DNA from: Parcubacteria group bacterium GW2011_GWC1_36_108 | Lineage (GTDB): Bacteria; Patescibacteriota; Minisyncoccia; Moranbacterales; GWC2-37-73 | DNA length: 64,000 nt | Direction: 5' to 3' | NCBI GenBank assembly: GCA_000991245.1 | Contig: LBRD01000001.1 | Location: forward strand, 5,467-69,466 | In this document: piece by piece, positions 47,079-56,523 of the stretch | Position numbering within the stretch: position 1 is the stretch's first letter | Layout of the letters: the number at the start of each line of letters is the position of its first letter | The notes under the pieces: model-generated | Seen by the model: only the letters and a program-made list of their open reading frames with translations | Database searches by the model: none | What the model was told of the DNA's origin: nothing | Made by a program: the position numbers and the translations under genes

Positions 47079-48143
47079 TTATTTTAATAACACCTTGCTA
47101 AAAATTTTCTCATACTCATTCACCATGCGTTCAACTGAAAATTTTTGAGTTACACTTTCTCTGCATTTTTCAGGTAAAATATCTACAACTTTTCCAATCG
47201 CCTCAACCATCTCATCAACATCTTCGACGATGAATCCATTTACTCCGTCTTCAATAATTTCAGGAACAGAGCCTCTTCTGAAAGCAATGACCGGGGTTCC
47301 ACATGCCAAAGCCTCCACCATGACCAAACCAAAAGGTTCATCCCAAAGAATTGGGAACAAAAGGCATTGCGCTTTTTTCAAATACTTAACCTTTTGTGAA
47401 AAATCAGCCTCTCCGACATATCGTATAAATTCTCCGTCAATGCGAGGCTTAACATCCTTTTCATAAAAATCGCGATCGGAAGAATCTATGTTAGCAGCAA
47501 TAATTAGTGGTATTTTAGTTTTTTCCGAAACTGAAATAGCCTCCAGTATTCCCTTGGTTGGAGTTATTCTTCCAAGAAACAATAAATAATTTTCCTTTTT
47601 ATCATCGAATGGAAACTTTTCAACATCAATACCATTATAAATGACCGCGGAATTTAGGATGAAAGACAAAGGACTACGATGATTTTCACTTATAAATACC
47701 GGTAAGCAATTGAATGGCAACTGGTTCTTCTTATAATACTCGATATGCTGCGGAACATTGGTTGAATTATGAAAAGTCGTGACCACTGGCACTGAAAAAA
47801 GTTTGAGTAAATTTGTTTGCTTGCCTTCAACTTCAAAATTGAGAACTGCTGGCTCATAATTCAGATGGATCAGATCGAATTCATTTTGCCTTTCAATTAC
47901 ACTTAGGATCTGACGTTCTTCCCATATTCTGTTTTCATCCACATGGTCAAATGTGGGATAGGGTGAAGTTTCCACACAGGTAATATTTTCCCCTCCAATT
48001 ATTGATCCTCCCGAACAGAAAACTGTCACTTGATGTCCACGTCCTGCCAGTCCTTTTACAAGCTCGGCAACAATCAATTGAATGCCTCCGTACTTTACAG
48101 GAGGAACAGGAATTATAACTGGGGATACGATAGCTATTTTCAT
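47079..48143 (-). CDS. Glycosyltransferase family 4
   Basis: PVPPVKYGG, GRITPTKG, EPFGLVMVEALACGTPV. Confidence 0.92.
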   Translation of the reverse strand: MKIAIVSPVIIPVPPVKYGGIQLIVAELVKGLAGRGHQVTVFCSGGSIIGGENITCVETSPYPTFDHVDENRIWEERQILSVIERQNEFDLIHLNYEPAVLNFEVEGKQTNLLKLFSVPVVTTFHNSTNVPQHIEYYKKNQLPFNCLPVFISENHRSPLSFILNSAVIYNGIDVEKFPFDDKKENYLLFLGRITPTKGILEAISVSEKTKIPLIIAANIDSSDRDFYEKDVKPRIDGEFIRYVGEADFSQKVKYLKKAQCLLFPILWDEPFGLVMVEALACGTPVIAFRRGSVPEIIEDGVNGFIVEDVDEMVEAIGKVVDILPEKCRESVTQKFSVERMVNEYEKIFSKVLLK

Positions 48144-48150
48144 AAACTTT

Positions 48151-49182
48151 TTATTTTAAAAGAGATTTATACATTTTTTCATGCGCTCGTGCCATGACTA
48201 AAATATCGAATCTGTTTTCAGCCTCAGCGCGACATGCTTGTCTTGAAAGCGTTTTTACTTTCTTAGCAGCTTCAATAAATGCTTTCTCATCTTTAACAAT
48301 AAATCCGGTAACGCCGTCATGCAAAACTTCATGCACAGCGCCATTATCAAGAGCAATGACTGGCGTTCCACAAGCTAATGCTTCAACCATTACCAAGCCA
48401 AATGCCTCACTCCAACGTGATGGAAAAAGCATTGCATCAGCCTCACAAAATAAACGAACCTTTTCCTCATGTCCAACTTCACCAATAAAGCGTATTTGCT
48501 TGCCATCCACATATGGAAAAACTTTTTCTTCAAGAAACGCTTTGTCATTCTCACGAATCTCTCCAGCAATCGTCAGTGGAATATTTAGTTCTCTCGCAGT
48601 ATTAACAGCAATATCCAAACCCTTATTTTCTGAAAGAGTACCCAAGAAAACAAACCCATTACCATCTCCCCCTAAGCGTAATTTGAAATTGGCAGTATCT
48701 ATACCGTGATAGATTGTTGCTGCGTAATTTAATTCTGGAGCGAGATTACGCTGAGACTCACTAATGGAAATAAATGGATATTCCCTGAAAGCATCTGCCA
48801 GATATGGAAAATCGGGCGGTAAACTGCTATGAAGGGTTGTCACAAAAGGAATATTCATGAATGGAGCAAGAGCAATTGGATGAAAACCCATGTGATTATG
48901 CACAATATCAAAATCTTTAATGCGTTTTCCTAACTCAAAAAAAGACAGGAATTCATATTGTTTGATTCCTTTCCAGTCGAATCCCCCAACAAGATCGTAC
49001 ATTGGCCTATCAATTACTGGCAATAATTTACCTGTAACTTCAGACCCCCCACAAGCAAAAGTAGTGACCTCATGACCAAGTGCAGTAAGCCCCTTTGCCA
49101 AGTTAGCAACAACGAGTTCAGATCCTCCATATTTTTGAGGGGGAACAGTTTTCCAAAGTGGTGCCAGGAGTGCTATTCTCAT
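48151..49182 (-). CDS. Glycosyltransferase family 4
   Basis: TVPPQKYGGSE, EAFGLVMVEALACGTPV. Confidence 0.92.
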   Translation of the reverse strand: MRIALLAPLWKTVPPQKYGGSELVVANLAKGLTALGHEVTTFACGGSEVTGKLLPVIDRPMYDLVGGFDWKGIKQYEFLSFFELGKRIKDFDIVHNHMGFHPIALAPFMNIPFVTTLHSSLPPDFPYLADAFREYPFISISESQRNLAPELNYAATIYHGIDTANFKLRLGGDGNGFVFLGTLSENKGLDIAVNTARELNIPLTIAGEIRENDKAFLEEKVFPYVDGKQIRFIGEVGHEEKVRLFCEADAMLFPSRWSEAFGLVMVEALACGTPVIALDNGAVHEVLHDGVTGFIVKDEKAFIEAAKKVKTLSRQACRAEAENRFDILVMARAHEKMYKSLLK

Positions 49183-49194
49183 ATTTTTTTATTA

Positions 49195-50688
49195 TTATTT
49201 TAACAAAAACTTACCATAACGAAGTTCTGCCTCAGCCAATATTTTTTTTGAATATTCCTTCGTTGGCTTAATTTTCCAATAAACATAGAAGACGGAAAAA
49301 ACTACTGATGCTGCAATCAAAAATGCAACTACCATAATGGGCTTCCCCCACCAAACAGCAGCTACCGCACCCAAAAGATACCATGACCCCAGAATAATTT
49401 CTCCGTAAGAATTCTTCATAAGACTTGGAATTTTTTTTATCACAAATTTATTAGTTCTTTCAAATCCGAATTTCTTTCCAAAAGCAAAAGCGATCCAGGC
49501 CTCCGAATAAACCAATGACATTCCCATGTGAACAACAAAAGCTTTAAATGCTCGAATGATAAAATTATTCTGCTTTCTGAGTGTCACCAAGAAAAGAAGC
49601 ATCTTAGCAGTAAGCGTTATAAAAATAGCCAAAGAAGCAAAAATCAGCACTTGCTTATGATAACTAGTAACAGGAATTGCTGGATGTAAAATTACAGGAA
49701 ACGCAGCAAGTGCAGCAAACGGCAAAAACAGGAATTGTTGCCAAGCGGTTAGATGAGAAAGAAAACCAATCCATGTTCTGAAAGGAATTTTCCCAAAAAG
49801 CATAAACAAAGTTTTCAGCGACTGCGCATTTCCAAAAGCCCATCGCCATTTTTGCTTTCGATATGATTCCAGATCATAAGGCATTAGTCCATATCCAACA
49901 GGCTGATCAACATAAATACCTCGGTAACCCGATTCATAAATTCTAAGCCCAACATCAGCATCTTCAGTCAGTGCCTCACCTCTAAATCCTCCGATCTTAT
50001 TCAGAACATTTAGCTTGTATACACTCACAGTACCAGTAGAGGGAACGCAATCCAAGTGATTGGCCATGTTCATATAGATTTCAAAAAAATGTCTATATTC
50101 ATCCGAAATTGATTGATTTTTTGCATTGCAATTTCTATATTGTTGAGGAAATTGCACCAGTGCAATTTTATCTTCTGAGAAAAATGGCATGGCGATTTTT
50201 AAAAATTTGTTTTCAACAACATAGTCAGCGTCAATAATGGCTATATATTCAGTTTTATTATCTATTTTCTTTAAAATATAATTGAGCGCCCCAGCCTTGA
50301 ATCCAGGCAGTTTATCGACATGAAAAAAACGAAATTTATTTCCGAGAGTTTCAACAAAAGACTCCACTGGTTTCCAAATGTTTTTGTCTCGAGTATTGTT
50401 GTCTATAACCAAAACTTCGAATTGATCGTAATCGAGCTTAGCCAATGCCTCAAGTGTCTGCATAAGAATTTCGGGAGGTTCATTGTAAGCAGGAACCAAA
50501 ATCGAAACAAAGGGTTGCGATTTCTTTTTACAGCTTTTCGGTTTGGAATGAGGAATAAGTGAAATGATTATTTGAGAAACGGACAAAAAAAGCCCCGCGA
50601 AAAGATTCAGGGCCAGAAAAATAACCACGTATTTAGGTATGAAAGCAGAAACTATCAAGATGATAATAAAAAACAGTGAAATACCCAT
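49195..50688 (-). CDS. Processive membrane GT2 (NdvB/cellulose-synthase-like)
   Basis: PAYNE, DN, GFKAGALN, DADY, LTED, QKWRW motifs and C-terminal TMs. Confidence 0.9.
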   Translation of the reverse strand: MGISLFFIIILIVSAFIPKYVVIFLALNLFAGLFLSVSQIIISLIPHSKPKSCKKKSQPFVSILVPAYNEPPEILMQTLEALAKLDYDQFEVLVIDNNTRDKNIWKPVESFVETLGNKFRFFHVDKLPGFKAGALNYILKKIDNKTEYIAIIDADYVVENKFLKIAMPFFSEDKIALVQFPQQYRNCNAKNQSISDEYRHFFEIYMNMANHLDCVPSTGTVSVYKLNVLNKIGGFRGEALTEDADVGLRIYESGYRGIYVDQPVGYGLMPYDLESYRKQKWRWAFGNAQSLKTLFMLFGKIPFRTWIGFLSHLTAWQQFLFLPFAALAAFPVILHPAIPVTSYHKQVLIFASLAIFITLTAKMLLFLVTLRKQNNFIIRAFKAFVVHMGMSLVYSEAWIAFAFGKKFGFERTNKFVIKKIPSLMKNSYGEIILGSWYLLGAVAAVWWGKPIMVVAFLIAASVVFSVFYVYWKIKPTKEYSKKILAEAELRYGKFLLK

Positions 50689-50870
50689 ATTTTAACAATC
50701 AATGCTTAGTTTAAGGCATACTTTGCACATGATATAAAAATAACACCAACTATATAGTCGGCGTCAATTTGCGCCTAGATCACACTTATTGCCAACTGTA
50801 TCCTAGCATAAGATATTAAATTTTTCCAGTCTTTCTGTGTGCCCTATTTTATATTTTTCAATTAATAAAA

Positions 50871-51356
50871 CTACAAATAGCTCCCAAAACGAATGAAATG
50901 GCATGTGTAGCCTTCGGGATTTTTTTGCAAATAATCTTGATGATAATCTTCTGCTGGATAAAATTTCTTCAAAGGTTCCAATGTTGTGACTACTGATTTT
51001 TTCCAACGCGCGGATTCATTAACAATATCAATGAATTTTTCAGCCTCTTTTTTTTCATCTTCATTTGTATAAAAAATAGCACTGCGATATGAAGGACCCC
51101 TGTCATTTCCCTGTTGATTCAAAGTGGTGGGATCATGAATTTGAAAAAAGAAATCCAATATTTGATTGAAAGATGTTTTTTTATTATCATATTCAATTTC
51201 AACGGCTTCTGCGTGTCCTGGATGATTTTCGTAGGTTGGGTTTTTATTCTCGCCCCCAGTATATCCAACTCTCGTGCCAATCACGCCCTTTTGTTTTCTA
51301 ATAAGTTCTTGCAGACCCCAAAAACATCCTCCCGCCAGAACTATTTTTTTATTCAT
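50871..51356 (-). CDS. msrA: Peptide methionine sulfoxide reductase A
   Basis: [22 protein letters not shown] motifs. Confidence 0.96.
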   Translation of the reverse strand: MNKKIVLAGGCFWGLQELIRKQKGVIGTRVGYTGGENKNPTYENHPGHAEAVEIEYDNKKTSFNQILDFFFQIHDPTTLNQQGNDRGPSYRSAIFYTNEDEKKEAEKFIDIVNESARWKKSVVTTLEPLKKFYPAEDYHQDYLQKNPEGYTCHFIRFGSYL

Positions 51357-51360
51357 AATT

Positions 51361-51723
51361 TTATTTTCCCAGGATAAATTTCATCGATATTGAGTTAACA
51401 CAATGTCTGATGTTTTTATCTGTTAATTTTTCTCCCTCAAAAACATGCCCTAGATGTGCTCCACATCTCGCACAAATAATCTCAGTCCGTCTTCTATCCG
51501 CATCCAAATTTCTTTTTACAGCACCCTCAATTTCATCATCAAAACTGGGCCAACCGCAAAAAGATTCGAATTTATCCTTAGAATTATACAGTGGCGCTCC
51601 ACACTGTTTGCATACATAAATCCCATTTTCTTTATTATTAACATATTCCCCAACAAACGGAGCCTCCGTGCCTTTATCAATAATGACTTTTTTTTCTTCT
51701 GGTGTTAGTTTTTTTAATTCCAT
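51361..51723 (-). CDS. msrB: Peptide methionine sulfoxide reductase B
   Basis: GTEAPF, CKQC, GWPSF, CARC, HLGHVF, RHCVNS motifs; start MELKK. Confidence 0.96.
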   Translation of the reverse strand: MELKKLTPEEKKVIIDKGTEAPFVGEYVNNKENGIYVCKQCGAPLYNSKDKFESFCGWPSFDDEIEGAVKRNLDADRRRTEIICARCGAHLGHVFEGEKLTDKNIRHCVNSISMKFILGK

Positions 51724-51946
51724 ATTATTAAAAATCATAATCAATATTCCACACTCATTCATACGATTCATAAGAGACGCGTATTTCAAACAAATAAAAA
51801 ATGGGGATTTAAATTCCCATTTTTTTCTTTAATAATCCACGGGCTAGCAAAGGATGTTAGAACTTTACTTGAGAAAAATAATAAAGATATCTATATCCCA
51901 AGCCTTTCTATGACAGCGTCAGATTTAGTTAATTAACTAAAAAACA

Positions 51947-53080
51947 TTATTTTATACAGGCACCCTCACGGCAACCCATTGGACACATAAATGCTGTAGC
52001 AGAAACTTCCCCATTTTCATCGCAAAAGGCTTCATTTAATTGGGGACCTCCTTCCTTTAAACAATTATCATAAACCGAAACGACAGATGGATCACCTCCA
52101 CTTAATATCATCTTGCCATTTATGTCTATTGAACCACCACCTCTTATTCCAAAAGGTGAAATATATTTAGAGGAAACATTGTGTATAGTAGAAACACCTC
52201 TAGTGTAATAATCCTTACCACCATCAGAATCTTCACAAGTATTAACTTTTTCAAAATTCAATTTTTTCTCATAATCATTATTATTTTCATTTGATTCTTT
52301 CACTATATTGCCACTGTCGATTGTCACAACGACATTTTTATCCCTTTCATCCACAATATCTAAATTATATATTATATCGGAAGTCAGACAATCTCCTGGA
52401 GAAAGCCTGAAATAATCCCAATATGGTGCCGCCCGATATTCTTTACCATCTATAGATACCTTAAACTGAAATTGCTCTTGATTTCTCACTGTCCAAACAT
52501 TGCAATATGTAACATCAAGAGCATTGATTCCATTAAATTTAATATCAGTGACCCTCAAATCAGGACTATCATTAGGCACAACAAAATTAAATTTATCAAC
52601 ATTGTTTAATTTGCTTAATTCGCTAACTTTTTTCTCTGGATCAATTATGATGTCGTAAGAATAATTACCAGAATCAATTTTTTCAATAGTTTTTGAAAAA
52701 TTATATATCTCACCAACTTTCAATCCTTTAATTTTTTCACTCGCAATTAATTTTTCTCCAACCTTAACAACGACATCAACACCATCTACAGTTTCTTTAT
52801 GTCCCCTATTTTCAATTTTACATTCCAGCCTTACAAATTTATCTATTTTTTCGGCATAAACTTGCGTTTTCAAATCAGATACTGTCAAATCAGCTCTTTT
52901 GTAAAATAAGAAATATGCCATAGATAAAAGCACAATAAATAGCAATGCACAAAATATTCCAGCCAAAATAAGCTTTTTATTGTTCGACTCACTTGACTTA
53001 TTGTCTTTTTCAAAATTACTTATCTGCCCATTGTTATTTCCCGAATTTTCACTATTGAAATTTTCAACATCTCCTTCCAT
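51947..53080 (-). CDS. Membrane-anchored CARDB-repeat surface protein with Cys-rich tail
   Basis: TM at about aa 37-58; two (A/P)DL.V...ID....V.E....NN repeats; CEDSDGG...CPMGCREGAC tail. Confidence 0.8.
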   Translation of the reverse strand: MEGDVENFNSENSGNNNGQISNFEKDNKSSESNNKKLILAGIFCALLFIVLLSMAYFLFYKRADLTVSDLKTQVYAEKIDKFVRLECKIENRGHKETVDGVDVVVKVGEKLIASEKIKGLKVGEIYNFSKTIEKIDSGNYSYDIIIDPEKKVSELSKLNNVDKFNFVVPNDSPDLRVTDIKFNGINALDVTYCNVWTVRNQEQFQFKVSIDGKEYRAAPYWDYFRLSPGDCLTSDIIYNLDIVDERDKNVVVTIDSGNIVKESNENNNDYEKKLNFEKVNTCEDSDGGKDYYTRGVSTIHNVSSKYISPFGIRGGGSIDINGKMILSGGDPSVVSVYDNCLKEGGPQLNEAFCDENGEVSATAFMCPMGCREGACIK

Positions 53081-53177
53081 AATTTTATTTTATAAATTTA
53101 TATCAATATTATAGCACAGTTCTAACTTCCTACTGCCCCACCAAAAAAGAGACTGACTAAAGCCTCTTTTTTATGTC

Positions 53178-53353
53178 TGCACGGGGTGCAGGAATCCTCC
53201 TCCCCCGAAATTTCTCGCGAATACACAGAGAAATTTCTCCTCCGGAGCCTGGGTTTTCAAAAACGTAAAATCGTTTGCGTTTTTGAAATACCCTTCGATT
53301 CCTACGCAAGCAAATAATAAAACAGACATCATTATGATGTCTGTTTTATTATT
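53178..53353 (-). other. Structured element behind tRNA-Trp ending in a duplicated tRNA 3' end
   Basis: 53178-53196 matches the tRNA 3' end at 17/19; inverted T-arm copy at 53294-53303; internal hairpins. Confidence 0.7.
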
Positions 53354-53355
53354 TG

Positions 53356-53426
53356 CACGGGCGGCAGGAATCGAACCCACGCCAACGGTTTTGGAGACCG
53401 ACGTACTACCACTATACGACGCCCGC
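53356..53426 (-). tRNA. trnW: tRNA-Trp(CCA)
   Basis: Cloverleaf GCGGGCG/CGCCCGT, anticodon loop CTCCAAA, T loop GTTCGATTC; CCA end not encoded. Confidence 0.95.
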
Positions 53427-53465
53427 ATTTTGTAAAAAGGGACAGACAAAGCCCGCCCCTTAATA

Positions 53466-53630
53466 CTATTTCATCTCTTTATGTTCAGTGTGCTTTCGGC
53501 AATGATTGCAGAATTTGTTAAGTTCAAGCTTTTCTTTGATCTTCTTTTTGTTACGAGAAGTGTAATAGTTAATTTCTTTGCATTCACTGCACTTTAATTT
53601 TACTAGATTTTCCTTTGTCTTTGTGGCCAT
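53466..53630 (-). CDS. rpmG: 50S ribosomal protein L33 (54 aa, Zn-binding type; not in ORF track)
   Basis: MATKTKENLVKLKCSECKEINYYTSRNKKKIKEKLELNKFCNHCRKHTEHKEMK. Confidence 0.95.
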   Translation of the reverse strand: MATKTKENLVKLKCSECKEINYYTSRNKKKIKEKLELNKFCNHCRKHTEHKEMK

Positions 53631-53725
53631 ATAATTAGCTTATTAGGCTTTAGCTTTTTAGCTTCTTAGTGAATCCAAAAAACAAAAACTTTTTTATAAA
53701 TAATTCAATTTATTAATTCAACCTG

Positions 53726-53797
53726 AGCCGAAGAGAGGAATCGAACCCCCAACCCATCGCTTACAAAGCGATTGCTCTACCGTTGAGCTACTTCGGC
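53726..53797 (-). tRNA. trnT: tRNA-Thr(TGT)
   Basis: GCCGAAG/CTTCGGC acceptor stem, anticodon loop TTTGTAA, GTTCGATTC. Confidence 0.95.
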
Positions 53798-53808
53798 TTA
53801 TTATCTAT

Positions 53809-54423
53809 CTATGTCAATTCTTTCTTATATTGATCTATCCAAGACAATAAAATGTTTAACAACTTTTTATCTGAATAATTTATTGCTATCGTACCCCAGC
53901 GAGATTTATTCTTATATGTTCCCACTCTGCCTTCATGAACATGTGATCTATAAAATCTCTCTGTCGGAATATTGGTTAGCTTTGACCAAAAAAGTTTCAA
54001 TTCTTTTTCATTGTGATCAGGATATATATGTATCAAAGCCTTCAGTCGTTCCTCTTGAACTCCGCAAATCTTCCTCAAAAAATTTAAAAAAACTTTTATC
54101 ATTTCAGGGTCACTATTTGCAAACTTGACTGTATTTTCTGTCTTAGCACCCTCGCCCCAGTACAGCATAATACCGGAAATTTTCAGTTCATTATCAACTC
54201 TTGAAATAACTTTTTTCAATTCAAATGGTTTTTTGTTAAATTTGGTCACATTCAAACTTGTAACAGCCTCGCTTATCGAACGCTTTTTGACATTTTGTTT
54301 TGCCAACCAATAGCACACAGCTGAATTTGAAACATCCAGCTTTTCAGCTATTTGCATTGCAGATAATCGCTCCTCCACATAAAGCTTAGCGATTCTATTT
54401 TGAATATTTTTTGAGATTGCCAT
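53809..54423 (-). CDS. HTH plus LAGLIDADG-like domain protein in the tRNA cluster
   Basis: N-terminal HTH (LSAMQIAEKLDVSNSAVCYWL); GIMLYWGEGAK...FANSDPEMIKVFLNFLR resembles the LAGLIDADG helix and following strand. Confidence 0.7.
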   Translation of the reverse strand: MAISKNIQNRIAKLYVEERLSAMQIAEKLDVSNSAVCYWLAKQNVKKRSISEAVTSLNVTKFNKKPFELKKVISRVDNELKISGIMLYWGEGAKTENTVKFANSDPEMIKVFLNFLRKICGVQEERLKALIHIYPDHNEKELKLFWSKLTNIPTERFYRSHVHEGRVGTYKNKSRWGTIAINYSDKKLLNILLSWIDQYKKELT

Positions 54424-54472
54424 GCTACAATATTAGCACAGTAACTGTTATTTGACAAACTACTCTACTATA

Positions 54473-54733
54473 AATAATTTTAAACCAATACCCCAAAAAA
54501 AGGCGTCTGTTTTAAAATTGGTGGGCAGAGAGGGATTTTCGCGTCGCTTGTTCGTCGACACTCACAATCTCCTTGCCCTGGTCAGCGCTGAATGCTCGTA
54601 TTCCTCGCATTCATCGGCGCACGCTGCGTTGTCTTTCTGCTGAAAGCCAACTTGCTTAGCTCCTGACCGTTCGAATCCTATCATTGTCAATAATTTTAAA
54701 TCAATGCCCCAAAAAAGGGCATTGTTTTAAAAT
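54473..54733 (-). other. Structured element behind tRNA-Tyr with duplicated tRNA 3' end and terminator
   Basis: 54519-54537 is identical to the last 19 nt of the tRNA; hairpin 54473-54518 resembles 54689-54733; inverted T-arm at 54669-54678. Confidence 0.75.
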
Positions 54734-54819
54734 TGGTGGGCAGAGAGGGATTCGAACCCCCGAAGGCGTAAGCCGTGTGGTTTACAGCCACATCCAGTTG
54801 ACCGCTTTGGTATCTACCC
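54734..54819 (-). tRNA. trnY: tRNA-Tyr(GTA)
   Basis: GGGTAGA/TCTGCCC-ACCA, anticodon loop CTGTAAA, long variable arm. Confidence 0.95.
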
Positions 54820-54904
54820 GAGATATACTATATGCATATATAGTATTTCGTATTTCATATTAAAATATGAATTACAAAATGCTAGATACGAAATTCTTCT
54901 ACTG

Positions 54905-54977
54905 AGCCGTTGACCGGAGTCGAACCGGTGACCTCGCCCCTACCAAGGGCGTGCTCTACCAACTGAGCTACAACGGC
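54905..54977 (-). tRNA. trnT: tRNA-Thr(GGT)
   Basis: GCCGTTG/CAACGGC acceptor stem, anticodon loop TTGGTAG, GTTCGACTC. Confidence 0.95.
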
Positions 54978-55015
54978 AAAATATGGCAAAGCAACGTTTC
55001 TCCATCTTACACTAT

Positions 55016-55696
55016 CTATTTCATTCTTTCAAGTCTCCTGATTCTAAGACGTGCTTTGTGATGAGCGGGGCTCAAACGCAAAACTTGTTTGAAACATTCC
55101 AGTGAATCTTGAAAATTATCCCCTTCCAAATAATAATCCCCCAGTCTTTCATATGCTTCTATGTCACGAGGGTTTACAGCAATTCGCTTGATCAATGCCT
55201 CTTCCAATTGATTTTTTTCTTTCACCATTTTTTGCCTAGGCATTGTTACAGCATCTTTAACCATCGGTCTGGATGATCTCACTTCCTCCACAACGTTGCT
55301 TTTATATTGAACATTCACAGTTTCATTAGCCCTTGTTTCATCAGCCTGTTGGAATTCAGCATTAAGCAAAACTTTTTTCTCTTGTTCTTCTTTTTGCAGT
55401 TGCACACTTCGTTGTCTTTTTTCTCGAATTGTTTGAAACCAAGCGTTGCTAACATTGTGAAATTTAAGTGAAAACAATTTCGTTCTATGCATTATTCTTT
55501 CCAATAATTTCAATCCGAACTGCCCTACTGATGATATCATTTTTTCAGTGTTTTTTTCGCTTTCTCTTTTATATTCATCAGCAATAAATTCTCCAGCTGG
55601 AATTTGCGCCGCCTTTTTAAAAAGGAACATTATCAAAATAGAAATGCTAATAACAATTATTATTGGTGGCAAAATATAATTAAGCATTTGATTCAA
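55016..55696 (-). CDS. Membrane-anchored protein with C-terminal TPR
   Basis: N-terminal TM; NPRDIEAYERLGDYYL...CFKQVLRLSP TPR pattern. Confidence 0.8.
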   Translation of the reverse strand: MNQMLNYILPPIIIVISISILIMFLFKKAAQIPAGEFIADEYKRESEKNTEKMISSVGQFGLKLLERIMHRTKLFSLKFHNVSNAWFQTIREKRQRSVQLQKEEQEKKVLLNAEFQQADETRANETVNVQYKSNVVEEVRSSRPMVKDAVTMPRQKMVKEKNQLEEALIKRIAVNPRDIEAYERLGDYYLEGDNFQDSLECFKQVLRLSPAHHKARLRIRRLERMK

Positions 55697-55712
55697 AATT
55701 ACTTTGAAAAAA

Positions 55713-56489
55713 TTAGATGAGCGCTTCCTTTTTTACAACCACAATTGTACCATCAGTCATTCTTATTTTAACATCTCCTGTTAATACATTCAATTCAATA
55801 ACCTCACCTTTTCCATCGCGAGTCTTAACACTACTACGAACTTCCGGCATCCCAGCCATCATTTGTTGATATTGAGCGGCTTCATAAGAAAGACAACACA
55901 TAAGTCTTCCACAAACCCCAGAAATTCGCTCACTGCCCCTATGCGCAACTTGTTGTACACGAGCCATATCAATCGAAATACTAGGCAAACTTCCAGGAAA
56001 ACGCAAGCAGCAAAGATCCCTACCACAAACCCCACATCCTCCAAGTTTTCTAGCTTCATCTCGCGAACCAACTTGATGCATTCGTACAGAGCGATGAAAA
56101 ATTTTGGAAAGATTTTTTACCAACTCGCGAAAATCAACTCGCTCATCAGCAGTAAAAAGAATCACAGCGTTACTACCATCAAGACTAATATGAACGTCTA
56201 CCAATTTCATATTAAGTGACAATCGCTTGATTTCTATTTTGCTCAATTTCAAAATTTCACTTTTCTTCTCCTCATTTTTTGCCAACATCTCTAAATCTCT
56301 TTCAGTTGCTTTTCTAACAATAGTAGTATTTCTTTCCTTCATCACAATACCGCCACCATCTTCAATATATGCAATTTCACTAGTTAAATCTTCTTTTACA
56401 ACAATAGCATCACTAGTTTGAAATTCATGTTCACTTTTACAAAGACGTGCTGGTTCCCAACTATATACACGAACTGAATATTTATACAT
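55713..56489 (-). CDS. ricT: PSP1-domain protein (RicT/YaaT)
   Basis: FTADERVDFRELVK, GGCGVCGRDLCC, ISGVCGRLMCCLSYE motifs. Confidence 0.9.
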   Translation of the reverse strand: MYKYSVRVYSWEPARLCKSEHEFQTSDAIVVKEDLTSEIAYIEDGGGIVMKERNTTIVRKATERDLEMLAKNEEKKSEILKLSKIEIKRLSLNMKLVDVHISLDGSNAVILFTADERVDFRELVKNLSKIFHRSVRMHQVGSRDEARKLGGCGVCGRDLCCLRFPGSLPSISIDMARVQQVAHRGSERISGVCGRLMCCLSYEAAQYQQMMAGMPEVRSSVKTRDGKGEVIELNVLTGDVKIRMTDGTIVVVKKEALI

Positions 56490-56523
56490 ATTGCTTTTCC
56501 CTACATTAAATCACTACGAATGT

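Noticed and set aside
53171-53449. 92-aa ORF, and the 63-aa ORF at 54452-54643
   Set aside because: They overlap tRNA-Trp or the tRNA-linked structured elements.
54519-54680. Intron-containing or second tRNA-Tyr gene
   Set aside because: Only the 3' 19 nt are present. There is no D or anticodon arm, and the T-arm-like piece is inverted.
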